Below, piece by piece: positions 55,621-64,000 of a stretch of 64,000 nt of DNA (the first letter of the stretch is position 1; each line of letters begins with the position of its first letter). The DNA is from Eledone cirrhosa (taxonomy: Eukaryota): assembly GCA_964016885.1 (NCBI GenBank), contig OZ024746.1:10540001-10604000 (forward strand). Reading direction: 5' to 3'. A program made the translations under genes and the position numbers. The notes below the pieces were generated by a model. The model did no database searches. It had not been told where the DNA came from and was given only the letters and a program-made list of their open reading frames with translations.

Positions 55621-56917
55621 TCGTGTTAAAAAAAAACGAGCCAAGGTAATATTATAAGAAAAATAGATATGACGTGTTTTTGGATGTAATAAGTAAATAT
55701 TAATGGATAGTTTTTATTTTTCAGATTAATAACATTACATCATATAATAGTTTGACTCCCCGGAGAAAAGGAAAATTTCTTGATGAGAAAACAAAAAACA
55801 GAATTGCAGGATTAAGGCAGGCAAACTTGACTTACAAGGACATTTTTGATCTTCTAAAGAAAGAAAATCTTGAAACATCTCTGTCAACTGTGAAGCGAAT
55901 AGGTCTAAGATACGAAACAAAAGCTTCTGTATCAAGGAAATCGGGGTCTGGTCGCCCTAGAGATTCCACAGTGAAGAATGACCACAGGCTGAAAATGACT
56001 GGAAGAAAACCTTTGCTGATCACTCTAAACAATTTAAAACCGCAAATGGGAACTCACTTTCTAGAATTACAATATCTAGAGGAATGAAAGAAATGGGATT
56101 CACTTCAAAAAGATGTGCAAACAAACCCTTGCTAACCAAGAAGAACATCAATGATAGAAAGACATTTGCTTCCTATTATGACAAGAAAGATGCAGAGTGG
56201 TTTAGTAACGTTATCTGGTCTGATGAATCGCGATTTTGCCTTTCTAGTGATGCCCCCGAACACTGCATTAGAGGATCAGATGAAAGATTTCTGCCAAGTT
56301 GTATCAAAAGAATCGTGAAGCATGGGGACGGAGGAATAATGGTGTGGGGAGCCTTTACTGCTGCAGGTGTTGGCAAACTGATACGGTGTGATAAGTCAAT
56401 TAATGCAAAAGAGTACATTAAAATACTAGAAAAAGGGCTTCTGTCAAGTATTCAGCAGCTGGGAATATTACAAAACATATTTCAACAGGACAATGCTCCT
56501 GCACACACGGCTAAGATAACTAAAAAATGGTTGGTTGAATTGATGTAATGTTTTGGCCTTGCCAAAGCCCTGATTTAAATCCAATTGAGAATATTTGGGC
56601 TAGCATTATTTCTCGTTCATTATCAGGGAAAACTTTTCCGAATCAAGAAAAGCTATGGGAAGCAGTTCAGAATGAGTGGAATAACATCTCCTCATCACAG
56701 TGTTTGAAGTTGGTTGAGAGCATGCCTAAAAGAATTTCTTGTTTGAAAAAATTCAAAGGAAATTCTATTCCATACTAATGATGTGATGAAGTAAATGTCT
56801 TGTTCTAGTTATATTGTATCAGTTGATATGTTCCCAGTTCATTTATAACGCATATAATGTACCATTTCGTTCAATAAATGATGAAAGGTAGCTTGGCCCA
56901 TTTTTTTTTAACACGAT

Positions 56918-56919
<2 letters not shown>
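55618..56919 (+). mobile_element. Tc1-family DNA transposon, full length but defective
   Basis: About 28-bp imperfect TIRs (CATTCGTGTTAAAAAAAAACGAGCCAAG at 55618 / CTTGGCCCATTTTTTTTTAACACGATTG ending 56919). TA on the left; inserted in a TA/TG tract. Confidence 0.9.
55752..56778 (+). pseudogene. Frameshifted Tc1 DDE transposase
   Basis: Three overlapping frames carry the HTH region with GRPR, VIWSDESRF, IMVWGAF, FQQDNAPAH, SPDLNPIENIW and C-terminal SMPKRI. Two frame breaks. Confidence 0.92.
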
Positions 56920-56988
<69 letters not shown>

Positions 56989-57062
56989 GGAGGGTCATAT
57001 TGTAATAATATTGCCAGAATTAATAACAGAACACACTCACTGTTTGGTTGGAAACATAATGG

Positions 57063-57108
<46 letters not shown>

Positions 57109-57405
57109 GTATGTATATGCATATATATATATATACATAAACACAATTACTAGTTTTCTAAAAACTTATTTTTACTCTCATAAGTAATTAGCTTTCCATT
57201 ACTAATATCACATCTAATCACTTCAAAAATACAATCCCCACCCACCAAAACTGTTTTTAAACATATCTCATCTTTTCATATTTTCTTCTCGATTAACGCT
57301 CATTGGTCTAATGAGACCCCGAAGAAGAAAACAGCGGCAAAAACACTAATAATAGTTAAACTCTACTAATACTAATAAGTTCCATTTTATTAACAGACTA
57401 TTTGA

Positions 57406-57419
57406 GTTGCTATGGTAAC
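57406..57419. promoter_or_regulatory. RFX X-box motif GTTGCTATGGTAAC
   Basis: Matches the near-palindromic X-box consensus GTNRCY-AT-RGYAAC in non-repetitive sequence; function unverified. Confidence 0.35.
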
Positions 57420-57567
57420 TGTCTGTGTGTCGTCTAATCTTCCAGCTATTGATTGTTTTTATTTATTATTCTTTGGCTTAAATTATTTCCTATCTCCCAG
57501 CCTCTTTCTGTTTTCTTAGTCTATGAGATTTTAGTGCTCCATAACTATACATAGGTTTGTTGCTCTG

Positions 57568-57633
<66 letters not shown>

Positions 57634-57659
57634 GCTGCTGCTACTACTACTACTACTAC

Positions 57660-57781
<122 letters not shown>

Positions 57782-60547
57782 ATGCATGTGACCCAAACAC
57801 CATAACCAGTAAGTCATGTGCGTTCACAATATCCATATACATATTTATAAATATATGTATACACATACAGACAAAGACTCACACACGCACACACATACAT
57901 AAAGAAACACACACATACATAAAGAAACTCACACACATACATAAAGAAACACACACACACATATATATATATGATATACACATATGTTTAGATTAAGTAG
58001 GATGAAAAGAAGGAATTATTGTAAGAAATAATCTGCAAATTGAAAATGTCACATTAGATATGGGAAAATCGTTTGAAAGGTCATTCGGAAATTCGGATAA
58101 AAACCCTCCGTGTAGTCACTATAGAAACTACGTTAATTTTACAATTTTCCAAGAGTAAAAACAAAAACAAAACAAAAATAAAACAAAACAAAACAAAACA
58201 AAACAAAACAAAACAAAACAAAAAAAAAATTAGCTGAAACAAGCTTGAAATTTTTATAGATTAAAGAAAATAAAATTATAATTTGAATAAAATAAATAGA
58301 AAAAAAAAGCTTTCACGAGTTTATGAATATTATATAATCATCATATTGGATAGAAATAATTTGAAATTATTTGAAATATTCCAAATATATTAAAGAATTG
58401 ATGGTCAGATACAGGAGATAAATGTTGGATGTGTTGATAATGTGTTTGCTATTTATAAGCCTTGTATCATTATCTGTAAGGAACAGTGCTAACAAACTGT
58501 AAACAGATGCTGAGGGGACAGGCGTGGAAGAATCAAATGAAAAATAGAGAAAAAGTAAGTATCAATGGTTTTAAATAGGAAGCTTTTTACGTCCATACAA
58601 AAATAGACATCTGACAGCGATGTTGTTGAATCGTTAGAGTTGAACAGAATGTCTTGCGATATTTGATACGACTTTCTGTTCAACTCTACAATATTGAAAT
58701 AAAGTTCAAAACAGCTTTTACATATACGATTTCAGCCAATATTCATATAAATTCGTAATTTATTCATAATATAGAGCCTAACTTCCATCATCTAGCTAGG
58801 TACAAGTACAAAACTCAAAATGCGACAAAATCAAACCAAACCAAACAAAACCAAACAAAACATACATAGATGATAAAAACTAAAACATTGGTTAAGTAAA
58901 AGGTTCATATGATATATGCTTTATACTCTCATCCTTAGTCCATGTAGGTATTAGACATGGTTTGGTTTGTAATGATAGATGAACGCGTAATGAATGAGCC
59001 GTTGCAACCCAGCATATGGTTATAGTCATCATTTGTGGAGGTACAAAGACAATGTTGTAGGATACATAAGATCCCATTCAGCTGAACTTTAAAGGATAGG
59101 TGTCATGATGATTTTGAAACCAAGTTAGGCTAATAAATAAGTCCTCAGTCTATTAACCAAAGAAATGTTTATAATTACGATAGAAGTCCCTAAAGCAGAT
59201 TGAAAAGTCCAATTAAATTTCAAGTAGATGTAGTTCAGCTTTGTTCATGTTCTATTTATCAGCTGCAAGAGTTTTAACATATAATATTTACATCAGTCCA
59301 TGAGTGTACATAGTTCAGCTTGTGATGACACCTTAGAGTGCGTCAGAATAAAATTTCAATTAGAAAAACCACTTCTACATAAACTAAACCGTCATCTATA
59401 AACGGAAGAAAGAAAATTGATGGGGTGTGAGAAGAAATAATCAGAAACGAGAAGGAGGTGGAAGAGAAAGATATAATGAAAGGAAAGAAAAGTGGAAGAG
59501 AGGAAAGAAGAAAGGAAAGAAAGGAACGAAGAGAAGAAAAGGAAAAGAAAGCAGGAAGAGTGAGGAGCAGGTTGTCGTAAGATGTGAAGGACTTAGGGGA
59601 ATATAGAGAAGCGGAAAGAATATGTTATGAATGGTCGGACAGGTTTGGGTATTTAACAGGTTTGGAAGGGAATATATCTGTGGACAAAAATATGCTGAAA
59701 AACTTGTAACTTTCCTACTATGCAAACAAGAGAAGTTTTTCTATTTTCCATTTAAATATTGCTAAGCTAGGTAGAGTCAAAATTATGGACTTTACAACCA
59801 CTAAAATGTTGTTTGCTGCTACACCCTTGTATGTATTTTTGGCTATATTCTACTTGGTTGGAGGGACTTTAATCCCTTGATCATCTCAACTGTACGATAT
59901 ATATTTGACAATGAGGTTGAATTTTGGTGATTGTTGTCCTTGAACGACTACATATGCTGTTTAAACCTGGTAAGTTTAATGCGAATTATTTCCCATTCAT
60001 TCGCGCCTGAAACATCTGTCTTGTACTCAGCTCGTTCTTGAGGCATATATTATTGAGAAGACAACTGCCTGTGTTCGTATAGTTGCATTGTCGTAGGGGT
60101 AACAGCGTGACTTTTCTATTTTATTGTGGCTAAATATCTGGGGCACTATTTTACTTAGATAGCTATAGTTTACATTGATTGAAGTCACAATACAGATTTA
60201 GTGATATCTATGAGTTGCATAGGGACTATTTTTTTTATTATCAGAGTTAAGAAGCATCTTGCTGCATTTCTAGTCAGAAACATAAAATTTCTCTTCTGGC
60301 ATTTGATGAGTCTACTTTGGGAAGGTTTAATGTAATTTATCTTATTGCTAAAGCTAGATATTCTCATTGCGCTATAAAAGTATGAGACAGTCATAGAATA
60401 CGTTCTTATCTTAAGGTAAGTTAAAGATGTACAAACTTATATTGCCGGCGATATTTCAGAGATCACCGGTATACGATTTGAGTCTATATTTATATAAATT
60501 GCATCTTCATTTAGTGTATGATATATACAGAAATAAATAGAAATAGA

Positions 60548-60902
60548 TTTCCGCCTGTTACGACGATGGGTATTCCAGTTGGTCGATCAATAAAATTGCC
60601 GGTTTCTGAAATTAACGTGTAAATGGCTTCGCATTCCACAGACACGCGTACCTTTAACATGATTTTCCAAGGAGATTCAGTGTAACACAGTGTTTGACAA
60701 GGATTGCCCATCAAATTATAGGTACAGGATGACCCATCGAATTACAGGTACTGTCCATGTGACAGGTTTTCAAGTAGTTTCTGCCTACTCAATTTTACTC
60801 GCAAGTCTCGCGTCGACCTGAGGCTTCCCAAAGTACCACGTAGTGTGATCGAATGCGAGACCTAATGATTGAGAAGCAAACTCCTTAACCATTAGGCCAT
60901 GC
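60548..60902 (-). mobile_element. 3' part of a family B SINE (60548-60725) and a third tRNA-derived SINE (about 60755-60902)
   Basis: Similarity to 37620-37770; minus-strand head GCATGGCCTAATGGTTAAGG...GCATTCGATCAC. Confidence 0.55.
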
Positions 60903-61410
60903 TTTACTCAATATTATATAGAAAGTATTTATGTGTACATCTAGGTAATGTATTATTTCTCAAGTTCATATTTACTAAGGTTGAACGGTGTAAATATGTT
61001 AATTAACGTTTTCCTAATTTTCACCATATAATTGTTGTTGTTCTTCTTGTGGTAGTACGTCCAGCAAGATAGGAACAACTTGCTGTTAAATACAGAAACA
61101 GTTCACTAAATTTCAAGTGTTTCACGTTAGCTTGAGTGTATCCCTTTCACAACTATGAGCAAGCCAGGGAGCCTCTATACTGATACAAACAACAACAACA
61201 GCAGCCAAATATTCACCGAAATCTTAATAAATGAAAGAATGTAGACCCAGCTATACTATATCTGATAATGATGGGAAGGTCATGACTGAAACACCTGTGA
61301 TCCTAGATCTACTCGATCAAGGCCTCTGGGGGTTAAACAGCTTCAATAACAACAATTAAACATAGAGAAGTATTTAGAATTCAATCGAATCAATCAGTTA
61401 TTGAACTTAC

Positions 61411-61606
61411 TACCAACAATACGTGAAATAGATAAATAAATAAATATTTTATCTCCAGCATGAGTTCTCTAGAAACCAAAGAAATATTTCCATTCATGAT
61501 ATTTTCTACGATTTTTTACGTGATTTCAAATTTAATTGAATAAAATATTTTAAGATTAAAAAAAACTTCAATCAGATTTGAATATTTTGCATAAAATATA
61601 TTGCAT
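61411..61606 (-). CDS. Candidate first coding exon encoding a signal-peptide-like N-terminus (MLEIKYLFIYLFHVLLV)
   Basis: Polypyrimidine tract with ttgcAG acceptor before 61606, in-frame ATGs at 61497 and 61461, hydrophobic stretch, consensus GTAAGT donor after 61411 (phase 0, matching the 50620 acceptor). Confidence 0.4.
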
Positions 61607-62819
61607 CTGCAATGCAGAAAAACTTTGCTGATTTATTGGAAAAAAAGAAAAGAAAGGAAAAGACCCCCCCCCCCCCCGCCCCAGCCAAAACAAAAATGCA
61701 AAGGATTAATATTAGCTGAAAATTAACTCTGATGCTAAATTGTGTGTTCAGCGCTAAAGTTTTCAATAGTTATTTAAGATGAGCCCTGAGATGGCCTAGT
61801 AACTCAAATAATTAGTCAAAATAGAACTTCATCATCAGCCAACAGATGTCTTTAAATACTTTATAATTTCTTTCCGTTCCTTTTCAATCAAAAACACATA
61901 ATGCCTGTCAGTCGTAAAAATTAATATCAGATTTTAATAAGCCTACAAACAAAGGATTTATAGAAATATCGGAACACTAACATTGGATATCTCTTTTATA
62001 AATCTAACTCCTCCTTCCGGCCAATAAAATGTTTTCAAATATTTAATTTCTGCCGTCATTTAAAATTGTTGCCTTTTTTTTTTATCTGTCTGTCATCTCT
62101 TATCCTTAAGATATGGTCAAATCGATAGTGTACCATCAGAGAGAGAGAGCAATGGTTCGTTTCCCATTCTGCCACATAAGCACCGCAACCTAGTCATCAA
62201 GATCACTGCATCCACCAATGTAGACACATAATTCATGTTTTTTAATTCGCGCTCTCTGTTGTTAATTCACCCACAGAAAACAACAGGGAACCATAACATA
62301 TCACATAAATGCTGTCATTAAAGGAGCTGATTCGTTTCAACTATCTTTTTTATCTTTATCACAGTATACCCTACTTTTTAGTATAAGGACCAACGAGAGA
62401 AACTCTAGCTAATCACTAAACCAGTTAGATGTGGCAGCCAAATCTACTTTTAATAATACTGTACAGATTCAAGAGAGATGAATTGAATAATATTGCATGT
62501 TGTACATATGCATAAAAGAAAAAAATATGAGATGGCCACGGATGGATTGCTTTGATAATCGATTTGCTTTAATTAAGGTTAACTTTAGGTTAAACAACAA
62601 CAACAATAACCCAGAAAATGGCTGACATAACATTATAGATGATTTTTGAGCTAGATATAAGATTAAAACTAATGTTTTGGGATGAGTATTGCTACAAGGA
62701 GATTTGTATTTGATTAAATCTATTATCTTTTTGGTTGAAAAATTTCACTTGTAATTGTATGTATGTATGTATGTATGTATGTATGTATGTATGTATGTAT
62801 GTATGTATGTATGTATGTT

Positions 62820-63720
62820 ATCTCTTTCTCTTAATTTCGAGTATATTTTTTTGACCGGCCACCTTCCTGGTGGCAAGGTTGTAAAAGAAAAGAAATTGTC
62901 ATCCCTTGAATCGCAAGAATGTTTTGCAAATTTTGAAGGTGCCAGCTATCGCAGCCATTTGTAGACTATGAATTAGGGAGCTGCGCTCTTTGTCCGCAAA
63001 TCCAAGTTCAGTCATACTTTGGTCCAAGCGGGTTGGTATATAACCCGTAGCTCCAATAATGATGGGTATGAAGCTAAAGGTGTATCTTGGATACTGGATT
63101 TGTAAACTCCTCATCAATGGTCCGCAGATGTCCTCCTTCTCCTGTATTTTTCTGACAACGTTTACATAAAGTGGGCAGCTGATCTCCACAACAGAACACG
63201 TTTTCAATGTGTTGTCCCAAACAACAATATCACGCTGGTTGTGCTTTAATTTGGTGGCAGTTTTTATTTTCAGGTTCCGCCAGTATTCCTTAGTGCCATC
63301 TGTCTCAATATATTCTTCCTCGTTTGTTGTTAATTTTGTTTTCCGAAGTGCGTTCCAGATGGTTCTAGCTATCCCATTGTGTCTCATGGGGAGGTAGTAG
63401 CGAGATGACATTCTTTCGCAGCTGGCAACTATGTGGCTTACATCCTCGATCTTTGTTTTACATAGCCTACATTTATTGTCAGCTGATGGCCCTCCCCTTT
63501 TGTGCAGCAGATATTTGGTAGGGAGTTCTTGTTCCTGTATTGCATAGAGATATCCCTCAAGGTGTGATGTCATAAACTTGTCGGAACTCCATGCCAGGCT
63601 TTTTGAGTGGTTTATCCCCTCTATGGTCTGTGTTTTACGTCTCAAGTATCCATGCACACCTTTTTCCACAGTCATGTTTCTGCGATTCTTTGTTGTTTTT
63701 TCTTGAATCATTTTATTAGT
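62820..63720 (-). mobile_element. 5'-truncated R4/Dong-like non-LTR retrotransposon (zinc knuckle and restriction-like endonuclease)
   Basis: ORF 62899-63711 has AIQEQE, C-x2-C-x8-H-x4-C (CRLC...SHIVASC), RHN, a degenerate PD motif (HNQRDIVVWD), VVEISCP and IPIIIGATG. The 3' UTR runs into (CATA)n. Confidence 0.8.
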
Positions 63721-63951
63721 TAGTAGGTGATCTATGCAACCCTACACCTCCCTCTTTCCACCAGCTTGCTCAGGTGTTATGATGTTGTTGGTAGCACAGT
63801 GATACTGTAAGAACAGGTTAAGGCACCCAGTATATAATTTATACATTTACTAAGAAAACAGTATATAATTTATACATGTATGTATGTATGTATGTATGTA
63901 TGTATGTATGTATGTATGTATGTATGTATGTATGTATGTATGTATGTATGT

Positions 63952-64000
63952 ATAATTGTCCCAAGTGTAGTGTTTGTACCAGAGTTTTCAAGTCGCTGGC
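63952..64000 (+). mobile_element. Second, 5'-truncated copy of the RTE-like 3' end, cut by the window edge
   Basis: ataattgtcccaagtgtagtgtttgtaccagagttttcaagtcgctggc nearly matches 12385-12433, again directly after (TATG)n. Confidence 0.7.

Overview
AT-rich, microsatellite-dense eukaryotic DNA, most likely a cephalopod (Octopus-like). This is inferred from the tRNA-derived SINEs and the (TA)n/(CA)n/(TATG)n load, not from a database search. Almost all listed ORFs are simple-repeat artefacts. Supported content: one convincing minus-strand terminal coding exon (49820-50620) for a Lys/His/Asn-rich protein with furin-type sites, plus a candidate signal-peptide exon at 61411-61606; a frameshifted Tc1 transposon with TIRs; 3' fragments of Dong/R4-like, CRE-like, RTE-like and Tx1-like LINEs; hATm-, Charlie- and piggyBac-like remnants; about 20 SINE copies; and five minisatellites. 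The most striking structure is a set of short non-coding elements in or beside (TA)n tracts. They carry type-I hammerhead ribozyme folds (CUGANGA...GAAA...NUH, with variable but paired stem II and often a palindromic stem III) and are repeatedly arranged as fold-back palindromes or inverted repeats, consistent with several families of non-autonomous Penelope-like elements.
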